From Patescibacteria group bacterium UBA3466 (lineage in GTDB: Bacteria > Patescibacteriota > Minisyncoccia > Phycocordibacterales > UBA918): a stretch of 64,000 nt of DNA. A program made the translations under genes and the position numbers. Shown piece by piece: positions 32,001 through 41,904 of the stretch. Within the stretch, counting starts at the first letter, position 1, and every line of letters starts with the position of its first letter. The notes beneath the pieces were generated by a model. The model was not told the DNA's origin, did not search any database, and was given only the letters and a program-made list of their open reading frames with translations. The stretch covers positions 32,879 to 96,878 of the forward strand of contig DFRJ01000003.1 in assembly GCA_002378195.1 (NCBI GenBank). Direction: 5' to 3'.

Positions 32001-35000
32001 ATAGCTCGCTTTATGAATATGATTATGTATTTGGGAATCTTTCAACGACAACCAATCCTAATGGTGAGTTATTTGTAACCGAGTTCGATGATCTTGGCAG
32101 ACCTATCACTATCGTTGGTCCAGACCCGCAAACCGGAAGTCCTGTTGTAATAACTGAATATGAATATACAGATACAGTTGGTGCAGTGAGTACTAAACAA
32201 ATAAATCATTTGGACGAAACTATAAGCAATGATGTTTATTCGTATTTTGATGGATTTGGTCGGATAATTCAGGAGAGAGTTGAAGCGGAGGATAGTAACG
32301 AATATGTGGTCCGAGATATTGTGTATGGAGATAATGGTTTGGTAAGTAAGGAATCGTTACCTTTTTACGATATGGGATCAGCTAGATCCTCCGCGCAGAC
32401 CGATACTGATTTACTCAGTCAGTACACATATGATGCCCTTGGTAGAGTCACTGCTTTAACTACAGCTGTTGGCACATCCAACACTTCGTATGATCAGTGG
32501 AAGGAAACTCATACAGATACAGAGAATAATGATGTAAGCTTTGAATATGATGCGTATGATCAAATCAGTATTGTCACTGAAAATGAAGGTCTAAATAGCT
32601 ATACAACCGAATATGACTGGAACCCAAGAGGAGATCTTGTAACTATTACAGATGCGGAAGGGAATGAGCGAAACATTGTTTATGATGGGTTATCTCGTCG
32701 GACAAGCTTAGAAGATCTTCATGATACTTCAGATACAAGCTTCGGAACTTGGTCGTTTGTGTATGATGATGCTGGTAACTTAACTCAAAAAACTGATCCT
32801 GAGTCCCATGTTGTTAATTACACCTACGATGACATTAATCGTATCCTGACTGAGGACTATACTGGCGAATCTGGAACAGAGATCACTTATTCATACGATT
32901 CATGTACGAATGGTATTGGATATATTTGTTCAATTACTGATACTGATATGACAACTTCTTACGCTTATACTGCAAATGGTCTTACTGAATCAGAAACTAG
33001 ATTATTAAACAGTACTTCATACGTAACAAGTTACGACTATAATCGACAAGGCGATCAAACTGAAGTTACATACCCAGACAGTTCAGTTGTGAAATACACA
33101 TATCATAAGGGTAGAAATGTAGACAAGATTGAACAAAAAGAAGACGGCGATAGCTTCGCAGAGATAATATCTGACCTGAACTATGGACCACACGGGTTAG
33201 TAGAATTCATGGAGCATAGTAATGGTATTGAGACTACAAGGACATATCGTGCCGATGAACTTTATCGATTATCAAACATTGTAAGTGTCGCTACGAGTTC
33301 AGGTACTGGTTCAGGAGGTGATGCTCACCGTACTTTAGAAGCAGAACTTTTCGAGTTAACTGAAGCAATGGTAACTGAGGAGGCTGTTGAGACAGTGGAA
33401 GAATTAGTTCTAGAAGAGCGGGCAGAAGAGAGGATAGTAACTTCAGAAATTGTAGAAGAGGTAGTTGAAGAGATAGAACCAGTTGAACAATCAGCAACCA
33501 TATCTTCTTCTACTGAAGAAATACAGATACAAGATGACATACAAAATGTTGAAACTTCCACTTCGACAGAAAATCTTGAACAAAGCTCTTTCGATAATGT
33601 GATTGAAGAGCCTGTTCTATTGCCTACTCAATCTGATTCAACTGAAGAAATGATAAAAACTGAAAGTAAAGACAAGAAGATATTAGGAAAACAGGAAAAA
33701 GCTAGATTAATTTACGAAAAGACAAAGCGGAAATCACACGATCGAGATAAATACAAAATCGATATTGTAGATATGAATGAGGTGGAAGATGGTGTGGCAG
33801 TCTTTGCAAGAGTTTGGGATAGAGGTGAGCAAATTGGCTTTGGACAGGATGGAACAGTTGATATCGAAAGGTTTATCTTTAAGAATCCGCCGATTAGTGT
33901 GCCAGATAAGAGCGTCACTTATACCTATGAATTAGATGGAGAGACCTTTAGCGCCTATGGTTTCAAAGAGGATCCGGAGGAGGCTCTTCTGCAATCTCTA
34001 GAGCATGTAATTGAAGCAAAAAAACTTAAATTCAATGACGAAAAAATCAAACAAGGAAAGGTCGGGAATACCACTACAACATTCTATCCATCAGCTGGTC
34101 AGAGTAGTCCGGTAGATGGAGGGTTGATACAGTGGTTTGCTGGAGGGACCTCATGGTCATCAATCCGTAACGACACAACTAGTTCGTGGGTTCATGATGA
34201 TATTGATGGAGTTGGAGCATTCAATACTGCTCAGATCTACGACGGATACAATGGAGCATGGAATGGTATGTCCCGAGGGGTATTCGGCTTTGATACCTCG
34301 TCATTAGGCTCCGATACCATAGATGCTGTGACTTTATCAATCCATGGAAGCGCAAAGACTGATGGATACTCAGGTGCAGATGTTGTGGTTGATAGAGTTG
34401 TTCCAGCTAGCAATAGTTCATTGGCAGTAGGTGATTTCGATCTCACTAATTGGGATGAGACACTACAGTCAGACACGAGAATAACAATATCTGCTTGGGA
34501 TAATACTGATTACAATGACTTTGTATTAAATAGTATTGGAGAAGGGAACATTAATTCTTCGGGTATCTCTTGGTATGGAGTCCGTCATGGTATGGACTTT
34601 GATGATGCTGAGCCAACTAGAATCAGTACGAATAGTAGAATTATTACTCGGTACGCAGATGCAAACGGAACTTCAGAAGATCCTAAGTTAATAGTAGAGC
34701 ACACCGGTTCAGCGGCTGGCAGTAGCGGATCAGGTATACAGAGCTTAGAGTACGAGTATGATTCAGTTGGTAACATCACAAAGATTACCGACACTTCGAG
34801 TACAACTCTCTTAGGTGAAGTAGACTATATCTACGATGATTTGTATCGATTAGCTTCTGCATCGACTACAAATTCTGCAACAAGCTCTTATCTCAGAAAC
34901 TTCACTTATAACTCAATTGGTAACATACTGACAAAGACAGGTGGGGGTACCTATGTGTATGCTGGTGACACAGGAACTAATTATGCGAATCCTCATGCAG

Positions 35001-36208
35001 CTACTTCAATCGGAGGAGTGTCAGTTAGTTATGATGACAATGGAAACGTGACAGCTTTCGGTTCTGATTCTTATACCTGGAACTATCGAAATGAGTTAAT
35101 TGAATCAGATGTGAATGGGGCGACTACTACCTATGCTTACGATCATAATGGTGATCGAGTGAGTAAATCATCTGATGGAAATACCACATACTATGTTTCA
35201 AGTATGTATGAAGTAGAGGACAGTGATATTACTAAGCATGTGTACCTTGGAGATATGCTGGTAGCAACCATTGAGTCTGACGGTTCTGCTGATGAGATCC
35301 ATCATAATCACCTTGATCATCTCAATTCAACCAATGTGGTCACTAATGCTTCGGGAACAGTTGATCAACTACTCAGCTACTATCCATTTGGATCGATGAG
35401 GGTAGATCAGAAGTTAGGGACGGTGGATCAGAGCAAGCGCCATACCGGCCATGATTATGATGAAGAAACGGATCTAAACTATATGGGTGCAAGGTATTAC
35501 GCCGGCGACACTGGACGCTTTACCTCTCAGGATCCGGTATCCCTAGCTCTGGGAGATTGGAAAACAGTTCAGGACAAGACTGGAGGTAATTTAGCCTTTT
35601 ATCTTCAAAATCCGCAAACCCACAACTCCTACAGCTACACAGCAAATAATCCGCTGAAGTATGTTGATAAGAATGGTGAATTTATCTGGTTTGCCCCTGC
35701 TGTCATATATGCTCCTCAAATATTGGCTGGTCTAGCAGCTTTGTCGACACCATTAGGTGTGGCTATGTTGGTGGATGATTATCAAACCCTGACTAATAAC
35801 CCTGATGGTCTAGATCTTGCTCTCATTGCTGTACCAGGAGTCTTAGGTAAGGCTGGAGATGTAGCGAAAGTCTCGATGAACAGAAATGCTTGGTCTGCAG
35901 GACGAGCAGGTAATGCTCAGAATAGCTTAACTAATCACTTTAAGGATCATGGGGAATTGTTAGGTGCTAAGTCAGCTCAGGAGTATTACGACAGAGCTAA
36001 TGACGCTATGAAACCAGGTAGTGGTTTTACGAGATTGGAGAATGCTGATGGAAAGGTCGATTATTACAATCCAAGTAACAGAGAGTTGGTTGGCTTAAAT
36101 GAAAAAGGTCAAATATCTACGTATCATAAAGTTACGAATACAAACAAAGCTGAAGGACTTGATTATCGGGTTAAGAAGAAGCAAAATGAAAAGAATGGAG
36201 GAGGATAA
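29003..36208 (+). CDS. giant RHS/YD-repeat polymorphic toxin with SpvB-like N-domain and FG-GAP repeats (fused TcB/TcC-like)
   Basis: Signal peptide/TM. SpvB-like motif at YPVLYPSGVNGFGPSHNLSYSSNS. At least six VDVNGDGLAD-type FG-GAP repeats. Many YDYD/YEYD YD repeats. RHS core ending YMGARYYAGDTGRFTSQDP. C-terminal variable domain of about 230 aa. Confidence 0.85.
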   Translation: MLHKNICRSEFIRSRRTLFKATSLLIVVSVLLAPIAHVYGFHPDNDSSLVNNDLLISKNVSSLSDNGVQVNSFDGSLSYSYPVLYPSGVNGFGPSHNLSYSSNSKEEYSILGIHGWNLDIPSIKLINKTGIENLYSDPVYYSSISGELVQVGVSSEYISKNESGDFHSYTLSNGVWTISTKSGDVYTLGSTSASRIVNPNDSSEIYAWYTNEIVDTNGNSIDYSYYKDNESLLIDTIEYGGIYEIDFERVSKNSTSTTHEATFEINQTKAVDRIQVIVDGQDEYYYDLTLTSAVNPNHVLLTQIDMVGGSDQLTTEFTYNDNSLMPFSADQDDDGANGKWDIGNGKWLYEKGASNKWRFVDVNGDGLADFVGDGDVYLNDGEEFVFNLTWSTALIDFIYDDTLSLRFPDINGDGLVDIIYSTDEAYNTGWFSDVYLNNGSGWTYDASFDESLATNSARFAFVDTDGVDDLGWRVIDVNGDGLADLIHDNDLNYPDNTNAVYINDGSEWTLSSDFIIPADNGFALHNAYGFIIDINGDDLPDLVSSYEVNSSWVKRVYVNTGTGWVDHDGFKNSLPAAFVDDPGSSSNFIDHGYRLVDINNDGLADIAWQTDSGSNRLRYYLNLGDSWDTTFTETACCNPGWGQKLQYGATAFVDINGDSLIDILSAHKISSSNKLDSIHIAAGGKPDVLTEVVNQHGGTTKVFYKGSQETVSGSQRNVDLPIALYVVASTTKDNGFGQVIETLYDYDYGEIYFDTADLRDRRFGGFGEFTEEVVGLNKTIVNFHQGNDLDSSSEEESDGEHLIGRMYQTKITNNSDSLYLLNRVNYSTTSLGDGSVFTKTDSVVELAYDGDVDERAKAVSYTYDDTHGSVLSMVEYGEVNGNSDGTYTDSGTDKRTSLYEYATSSDGLVAVTKETLNDNSNTKIQESVYYYDDLTYGSAALGNLTKREDWVTGATFVDTEWDYNSNGLVTTETDPKGNAINYDYDTYNLYLASSTNAEGHSSLYEYDYVFGNLSTTTNPNGELFVTEFDDLGRPITIVGPDPQTGSPVVITEYEYTDTVGAVSTKQINHLDETISNDVYSYFDGFGRIIQERVEAEDSNEYVVRDIVYGDNGLVSKESLPFYDMGSARSSAQTDTDLLSQYTYDALGRVTALTTAVGTSNTSYDQWKETHTDTENNDVSFEYDAYDQISIVTENEGLNSYTTEYDWNPRGDLVTITDAEGNERNIVYDGLSRRTSLEDLHDTSDTSFGTWSFVYDDAGNLTQKTDPESHVVNYTYDDINRILTEDYTGESGTEITYSYDSCTNGIGYICSITDTDMTTSYAYTANGLTESETRLLNSTSYVTSYDYNRQGDQTEVTYPDSSVVKYTYHKGRNVDKIEQKEDGDSFAEIISDLNYGPHGLVEFMEHSNGIETTRTYRADELYRLSNIVSVATSSGTGSGGDAHRTLEAELFELTEAMVTEEAVETVEELVLEERAEERIVTSEIVEEVVEEIEPVEQSATISSSTEEIQIQDDIQNVETSTSTENLEQSSFDNVIEEPVLLPTQSDSTEEMIKTESKDKKILGKQEKARLIYEKTKRKSHDRDKYKIDIVDMNEVEDGVAVFARVWDRGEQIGFGQDGTVDIERFIFKNPPISVPDKSVTYTYELDGETFSAYGFKEDPEEALLQSLEHVIEAKKLKFNDEKIKQGKVGNTTTTFYPSAGQSSPVDGGLIQWFAGGTSWSSIRNDTTSSWVHDDIDGVGAFNTAQIYDGYNGAWNGMSRGVFGFDTSSLGSDTIDAVTLSIHGSAKTDGYSGADVVVDRVVPASNSSLAVGDFDLTNWDETLQSDTRITISAWDNTDYNDFVLNSIGEGNINSSGISWYGVRHGMDFDDAEPTRISTNSRIITRYADANGTSEDPKLIVEHTGSAAGSSGSGIQSLEYEYDSVGNITKITDTSSTTLLGEVDYIYDDLYRLASASTTNSATSSYLRNFTYNSIGNILTKTGGGTYVYAGDTGTNYANPHAATSIGGVSVSYDDNGNVTAFGSDSYTWNYRNELIESDVNGATTTYAYDHNGDRVSKSSDGNTTYYVSSMYEVEDSDITKHVYLGDMLVATIESDGSADEIHHNHLDHLNSTNVVTNASGTVDQLLSYYPFGSMRVDQKLGTVDQSKRHTGHDYDEETDLNYMGARYYAGDTGRFTSQDPVSLALGDWKTVQDKTGGNLAFYLQNPQTHNSYSYTANNPLKYVDKNGEFIWFAPAVIYAPQILAGLAALSTPLGVAMLVDDYQTLTNNPDGLDLALIAVPGVLGKAGDVAKVSMNRNAWSAGRAGNAQNSLTNHFKDHGELLGAKSAQEYYDRANDAMKPGSGFTRLENADGKVDYYNPSNRELVGLNEKGQISTYHKVTNTNKAEGLDYRVKKKQNEKNGGG

Positions 36209-36509
36209 AACAAAAATAATAGAAAAATACAAAGATGTTCATCTCGGATACTATGATTATAAAGATGATAAGTATCGAATTGAGGATTTCTTAAATGAAG
36301 ATTTTCTTGTGGAATGGATTATAGGTATCGCAGATAAATATGATCAAGGTGTTACTCATCAAGGTCTAGACTTTATCAATGAATACTATGGTATTAAAAA
36401 TATTATTGATAAAGTGCTTGAGAAAAGTCCCCAATTCCCATTCGACGGTGGCGATCCTTACAAATTTCTTGAAGGTCAGAGAGAGCGGAGCTATTCCGCA
36501 AAGGACTAA
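36186..36509 (+). CDS. putative cognate immunity protein (overlaps toxin stop)
   Basis: ATG overlaps the last codons of the toxin gene. Small acidic protein. Position follows the toxin-then-immunity rule of RHS loci. No motif. Confidence 0.4.
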   Translation: MKRMEEDKTKIIEKYKDVHLGYYDYKDDKYRIEDFLNEDFLVEWIIGIADKYDQGVTHQGLDFINEYYGIKNIIDKVLEKSPQFPFDGGDPYKFLEGQRERSYSAKD

Positions 36510-36673
36510 TTGACCTTTCTCAAGAGAGTCAAATCCAAAACTATTAAGGTAGCTTACGTTCAATAAATTCATCGCTACCTTTTGTCAAAACCGACAGATA
36601 GAACGACTGATTGTTTGCTGTCTGGGTAATGATATAGTTTGAAAAATAACAATTAATATGAAATAGTTCCTGT

Positions 36674-38632
36674 ATGAAGGCAGTGCCAACCTCAATCAAG
36701 TTTCTGGTTTTGTATATGGTCATAGTGATTGGCTATATTTTATACGAGATTACTTTAGGAGATAATCAAGCAAAAGAAGCATTCGATCTTTATAACCTCG
36801 GTCTTGTTTATGATGGAATAAACTTTATTGCGGTTGCAGGGGCAGTTTTGTTACTTGTTTTGCTTTGGTTTAAAGAAAAGAATTTTTATCCCGTGGCAAT
36901 GGGTTGGTTGACTATAGATTTCTTCAGCACACTTTTGTTTTGCGTACTCTATTTCATCAATCTAGATGTCTTAATTAGTGCTGAAAATGATCCTGCTCTA
37001 CAGGAATATATGAGTTCTACAGCTGGACTGGTTGCGTGGGGGGTTCAGATATCGCTTTATTTGGCACTTATTCTATATTTCATTTACGCTGTCCATAAAC
37101 ATAAGCTTGTGCTTACTGGAAATGGTCCGATTAGCATAGAAGAAAAAAAGGAGTACAAAAGTTTTGGAATCAAGGTCCTTATAGCTTGCTTAGTGATTGC
37201 TGCTGCAGGTGCAGGAGTGTACATGGGAGTAGCTGATAAGAAAGCTATGAATGAGAGTTTTTATATGAAAGAAAACTCTAATGTTCGCGCTGGAGGAAGC
37301 TTTGCCAGCACTTCTGAAAGTCTTACTGATGAACAACTTAGGGAGTTGTTGGAGAATCCGGAAAGAAATACTCTGGTTATTAGTCTTAATAGTATTGGAT
37401 CAACGATTGTACTTGTTGAAGAAGATTGGATGGGAGACGACCTGTATGTACTTGACCAAGAGCTTACTGTTTATGAGCAAACAAAAAAGGAACAATACCA
37501 GTCATTGAAGGATGAAGTCGAGGGTATTTTTGCTGATGCGGACTTGAAACAAGAAACAATCTCGAACTATCAGTATGACCTGGAGTATTTTAATGATCAG
37601 ATTGTTTTAACAGATTCATTGAACAATGCAAAAAAACAGATAGATGCTGTTGCGGAAAGCTTGGGTGTTCCAAGTGATGATGAGTCTCAGGGAGGTAGCA
37701 ATTGGTGGGAAACAGATGAAGAGTACGTAAATAATCTCAAACTAGCCACCAGTATCACTGAGGATATAAATGCAATATATAAGACCAGTACCAAACTTCG
37801 TGAAGCAATGATCGAGAAGTTAAAAGCTGATGATGTTGAGGGTTCAATTGCTGTCTATAATGATATTCAGGTGATTGATTACATCCTAAACTGGCACAAT
37901 ACAGCATACGAAACACTTGCTAAATCACTGTATGCCACAGAACAAAAGTACGCTGAGCAGGGATTGGCTTCTGAAGATGCACCATCCCACAAACCAACTA
38001 GTCTTATTGATATAAAAGATCAGGTACAGGATATTGTTCAAGATGTTGCAGACATTAGTGAGAACTTGGATGCAGACACTCTTTACTTCAGAGCTCAGGA
38101 CTTTGAAGATGCCGAAGATATAGAAAATGCTGTTAAGTATTATCGTTTAGCTGCTGAAAAATATCCTGAAGACAATGGAGAAAGATATGAAGCACTGGCA
38201 CAGGCTGAGTGGGAGCTTGAGAACCCAGACGGAATCTTGAAATATCTAGAGCAAGGGTATGTAGTAGATCCAACAAACGATTATTTACTCCATACATACG
38301 GACATTTCTTAAACGGTATCTCATTGAGTTCTGCCTATCGTCAAGATCTAGACTTGGCCTTGAAAATCAATCTAGAGTTAGTGAGCTTACTTCCTGATGA
38401 CGAAAACTTAGATAACCTTGCTTACACTTACTTATTGCGTGGTGAGGAAGATAAGTTTGAGGAAACAGTTGGAAGAATGAGCGTTTACGATGAGTCAGAA
38501 CATTATGGTTGGTACGCTAAAATCTATCACCGCCGTGGAAATCAGGAGATGGCAGAAAAGTATAAAAACTTAGCGATTGGTGTTGATGACTGGAATGATG
38601 AGCGTGAACAGTATCTAAGCCTCAGCTTCTAG
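36674..38632 (+). CDS. hypothetical membrane protein with C-terminal TPR-like region
   Basis: About 190-aa multi-TM N-terminus. C-terminal helical repeats (YYRLAAEKYPED...). Confidence 0.3.
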   Translation: MKAVPTSIKFLVLYMVIVIGYILYEITLGDNQAKEAFDLYNLGLVYDGINFIAVAGAVLLLVLLWFKEKNFYPVAMGWLTIDFFSTLLFCVLYFINLDVLISAENDPALQEYMSSTAGLVAWGVQISLYLALILYFIYAVHKHKLVLTGNGPISIEEKKEYKSFGIKVLIACLVIAAAGAGVYMGVADKKAMNESFYMKENSNVRAGGSFASTSESLTDEQLRELLENPERNTLVISLNSIGSTIVLVEEDWMGDDLYVLDQELTVYEQTKKEQYQSLKDEVEGIFADADLKQETISNYQYDLEYFNDQIVLTDSLNNAKKQIDAVAESLGVPSDDESQGGSNWWETDEEYVNNLKLATSITEDINAIYKTSTKLREAMIEKLKADDVEGSIAVYNDIQVIDYILNWHNTAYETLAKSLYATEQKYAEQGLASEDAPSHKPTSLIDIKDQVQDIVQDVADISENLDADTLYFRAQDFEDAEDIENAVKYYRLAAEKYPEDNGERYEALAQAEWELENPDGILKYLEQGYVVDPTNDYLLHTYGHFLNGISLSSAYRQDLDLALKINLELVSLLPDDENLDNLAYTYLLRGEEDKFEETVGRMSVYDESEHYGWYAKIYHRRGNQEMAEKYKNLAIGVDDWNDEREQYLSLSF

Positions 38633-39064
38633 TGGTAAGACAACCTCCTTTTGTCTTTTCCTTTCATTTTCTACTTGTAGAGCTCTATAAAGATATATAG
38701 ACACAAGTCCCCAAAAGATGAGGCTCGTAATGACACTACCCGTAAAAGCCATTATGTACCACTTATCGAATGTGTAGAGGGTCAATAAACCTACGATGCC
38801 CCACCGGTGTCCAAAGTACGTGAATACCATGAAGGGAACGTACATAAGTATTGAAACAAGCATGTCAGCGAGAGTAAAAAGTTCAGGGTAGAACTGAGTT
38901 AATCCGAAGCTCCACGCGAACATAGCAACTAGTATCAATAGAGGTATGCCACGAGCTGATTCGTATACTTTCAAAGTCTTATAATCAGCAACTTGCCTCT
39001 CAAGCTCTTCCTTAGTTAAAGACAGGGAGCTGAATAATTTTTTCTTGTTTGCAGTTTCTTCCAC
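38615..39064 (-). CDS. hypothetical membrane protein
   Basis: Three or four TM helices. No motif. Confidence 0.3.
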   Translation of the reverse strand: MEETANKKKLFSSLSLTKEELERQVADYKTLKVYESARGIPLLILVAMFAWSFGLTQFYPELFTLADMLVSILMYVPFMVFTYFGHRWGIVGLLTLYTFDKWYIMAFTGSVITSLIFWGLVSIYLYRALQVENERKRQKEVVLPLEAEA

Positions 39065-39067
39065 AAG

Positions 39068-40813
39068 CTATTTATAGCATGGTTCTTCTGATTTTTCTGA
39101 GAAGGTGTCAAATTCTTTCCTATTAACCGGAATTGATCCACCGATTGGTCCTTTTGGCTTCTTAAGTCGTTCAGAATAAGGAATTTTATCTTTGATACAA
39201 TACTCGATGTTAGTTGTCTCGATTTTTTTGTTTACTTCAACTTCTACTGGTACCGAGCCGTGGTATTCAACTTTATCATTGTAGTAAACAACCTTGTTTG
39301 TAAAATCAAGGAGAAATTTACGTCTAGTGTCAAAGTCATAGCATTTCCTGTATCTAGCTTTAGCCTCAGTACAGTACTTCTTCACTGCGATATCAACGAT
39401 ATCTTTTTTGTGCAAGAGTGGAATCTTTTTCAGCAACTCTTGTTTCTCCAGTTTTAACTTATTAATCGTATTATCAAGTTCTAGACTCTTATCTACGTAT
39501 TCATTTCTATCAATTTCGCTGGAAGTATAAATATCAATCAGTCGCTTTTTTGTTAGCTCAATCTTCCTCATCTTCTCTTCGTTTGACTTTATTTTCTTGT
39601 TGAACCGTATCTCATTTGCTTGTACTCGACGCTTGAAATGGCTCATGCACGCCTTCAGTTTCCTGTCACTAAACAGATGACTCTCAATCATAGTGAAGAC
39701 TTTCTCCTCAAGAACCGATCCCTTAATAGCAATATTGTCACAAGGTTTCATTTTCGGCCTGTTCTTCTCAGCATGCATATATTTGCTGAATTTATAATTG
39801 CATTTATATGAAAGCTTGTAGTACGCCTTGGGTTTTTTCATACGTTTATCTACGTAGTAACGCCGATTAGCAAAGATGCTCCCGTCACAGCACCCGCATC
39901 GCACTAGGGAAGAAAGCATTTGTGGGACTCTCGGGTTCCTATATCTTTTTCGATTATGTTCTAGTTTCGTTTGAGCCTTATTGAATAGTTCTTTTGAGAT
40001 AATTGATGGTACTGGTACTCCAATCCATTCACTACGATCTCGCTTAACTACCTTGGTTTTATGTTCTGAACTAGTTAAACTTTTCTTTTTCATTGTGTTG
40101 TAGTAACGGACTCCGGTATACATTTCTTGGTTTAGCATGGCTTTGATAAGCGATACTCTCCACAGTCCTCGACCTTGTTTTGTTGGGGCGTTCATTTCTT
40201 CTAATTGCTGACACATTTTGTTCATACCAATTTCACCATTGGTGTAGGTTTCAAATATCCAGCGGACTATCTTTGCTTCTGTTTCATTTATAGTATATGA
40301 AGGAGGTGACGTTTGGGTTCTGCGGTGATGATCATAACCATACACCTGGCATCCATTTCCAGAGAGAGTACCTTGGCTAATACGAAGCTGTTTCGACCGC
40401 ATCACTCGTTCTACAATCTTTGCTCTTTCTAGTTCCGCGACGGCCCCTAGGACAGTAAGAGTAAATTTGTTTTCAGGATTATGAACGTAGTCTTTCCCGT
40501 TGATGATTATCTGTTTTTTGTATTTAAGAATCTCAGCAATAATAATCGTTTGATAGGTCACTTCTCGGGCTATACGATCTGTATTTAGAAAATAGATGGT
40601 ATCAAATTGCTTCGTTTTTAGATCCTCACGAAGCTTATTCATGGCAGGCCTGTCTAACTCAGCTCCACTATAACCATCATCAATGTATTCCTTGACTAAG
40701 ATGTGGCCAGCTTCAGCTATTTGTCTTTTTAATGCTTCAATCTGGCTTTCAATGGTTTTATCCCTTCTTTGCAAGGACGAACTCACCCTTGCATATAATG
40801 TTGCTCGTTTCAT
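39068..40813 (-). CDS. large serine recombinase
   Basis: N-terminal resolvase catalytic domain (LYARVSSSLQ with the Ser nucleophile), recombinase domain, CGCCDG...C zinc ribbon. 581 aa. Confidence 0.85.
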   Translation of the reverse strand: MKRATLYARVSSSLQRRDKTIESQIEALKRQIAEAGHILVKEYIDDGYSGAELDRPAMNKLREDLKTKQFDTIYFLNTDRIAREVTYQTIIIAEILKYKKQIIINGKDYVHNPENKFTLTVLGAVAELERAKIVERVMRSKQLRISQGTLSGNGCQVYGYDHHRRTQTSPPSYTINETEAKIVRWIFETYTNGEIGMNKMCQQLEEMNAPTKQGRGLWRVSLIKAMLNQEMYTGVRYYNTMKKKSLTSSEHKTKVVKRDRSEWIGVPVPSIISKELFNKAQTKLEHNRKRYRNPRVPQMLSSLVRCGCCDGSIFANRRYYVDKRMKKPKAYYKLSYKCNYKFSKYMHAEKNRPKMKPCDNIAIKGSVLEEKVFTMIESHLFSDRKLKACMSHFKRRVQANEIRFNKKIKSNEEKMRKIELTKKRLIDIYTSSEIDRNEYVDKSLELDNTINKLKLEKQELLKKIPLLHKKDIVDIAVKKYCTEAKARYRKCYDFDTRRKFLLDFTNKVVYYNDKVEYHGSVPVEVEVNKKIETTNIEYCIKDKIPYSERLKKPKGPIGGSIPVNRKEFDTFSEKSEEPCYK

Positions 40814-41007
40814 ACATACTTTTAATTTATTAATGCCAGACCAGTATCTGGTGCATAGCTATGCAGAGCAACCGATACGTCACATACTAGGCACAAAGTC
40901 TTAGCAAGATTGAGTGTCAGCGATAGAATTTTATTTGATAGCAGTATTTTGCTATTATGTTCATTACAACTTGACCTAAACCGAGCAACTCCGTTGGCGG
41001 CATGGTC

Positions 41008-41165
41008 CAATACAAAACCGCTACAGTATAGAAGACTCTCCGTCAGAGTCACTGTAGCGGTCGTGTCTGGGAAACCAGATATGGGTCCTCCGGGATCGCG
41101 ATGGCGGGGAGCCTTCTGTCTGAGAGACTCTAGGTTCACCACACTAAATTAAATCCGCTACAGTG
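41008..41165. promoter_or_regulatory. cluster of CCGCTACAGT motifs (two direct, one inverted) in the divergent region upstream of the recombinase
   Basis: 41008-41017, 41041-41050 (inverted) and 41155-41164. The first two flank the palindrome gactctccgtcagagtc. Confidence 0.35.
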
Positions 41166-41169
41166 CATT

Positions 41170-41904
41170 ATGAATACAACAGTAGCTCCCGACTGGGAGC
41201 ATTTTAAGATATTGATACAAGAGCGTATCAAGAACTTTTGGGGTTACGGCAACCTCAACGGCCCATACTGGTTCATCGGTATGGAAGAAGGTTATAACGA
41301 AACAAACGAAATATTACTAGACCGCTTCACCGCTACTGCTCATCAGCAAGTCTGTGATATCTATGATGATCTAAAAGTAGACCCTGGTCATGTTTATTGG
41401 TTTGAAGATGGAGCACCAATACAGCCGACGTATCGTCGGCTGATTGAAATGATGCTCTACTCTCAAAGCAAGGTTCATCCGGATAAGGAAGAAATTAGAC
41501 AGTTTCAAATTGAAAAACTGGGTCGAAAGCAAAGTAACCATGCGCTACTTGAACTCATGCCACTGCCATCAAAGTCTATTGCAGAAAAAGATTGGCTCTA
41601 CGCTGATTCAGGTGTCGAGGGTTTATCCTCTCGAAAAGACTATTTAGAAACATACAAAAGTGAGCGAATTGAGGCATTACGAAACCTAATTCATAAACAT
41701 AAACCTAAGTACGTGATCTGTTACTCACTGTCATACCAAGAAGATTGGCAACAACTAACGGATAAACCGTTTATAGAAGTGAACCCACGTCGGCTCTATC
41801 TAGCGAGAGATACTGACACCACATTCGCTATTACTCCACATTCAGTTGCTCAAGGTCTCTCCAATAATGATTGGAAAATGATTATCGAAGAGCTATTTCT
41901 TTGA
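41170..41904 (+). CDS. hypothetical protein
   Basis: 244-aa ORF with no recognised motif. Confidence 0.3.
   Translation: MNTTVAPDWEHFKILIQERIKNFWGYGNLNGPYWFIGMEEGYNETNEILLDRFTATAHQQVCDIYDDLKVDPGHVYWFEDGAPIQPTYRRLIEMMLYSQSKVHPDKEEIRQFQIEKLGRKQSNHALLELMPLPSKSIAEKDWLYADSGVEGLSSRKDYLETYKSERIEALRNLIHKHKPKYVICYSLSYQEDWQQLTDKPFIEVNPRRLYLARDTDTTFAITPHSVAQGLSNNDWKMIIEELFL

Noticed and set aside
40822-41152. Two overlapping ORFs (106 aa on minus, 80 aa on plus) between the recombinase and gene 41170
   Set aside because: They run through the CCGCTACAGT motif cluster and palindromes. They show no coding-like composition and are more likely att or regulatory DNA.
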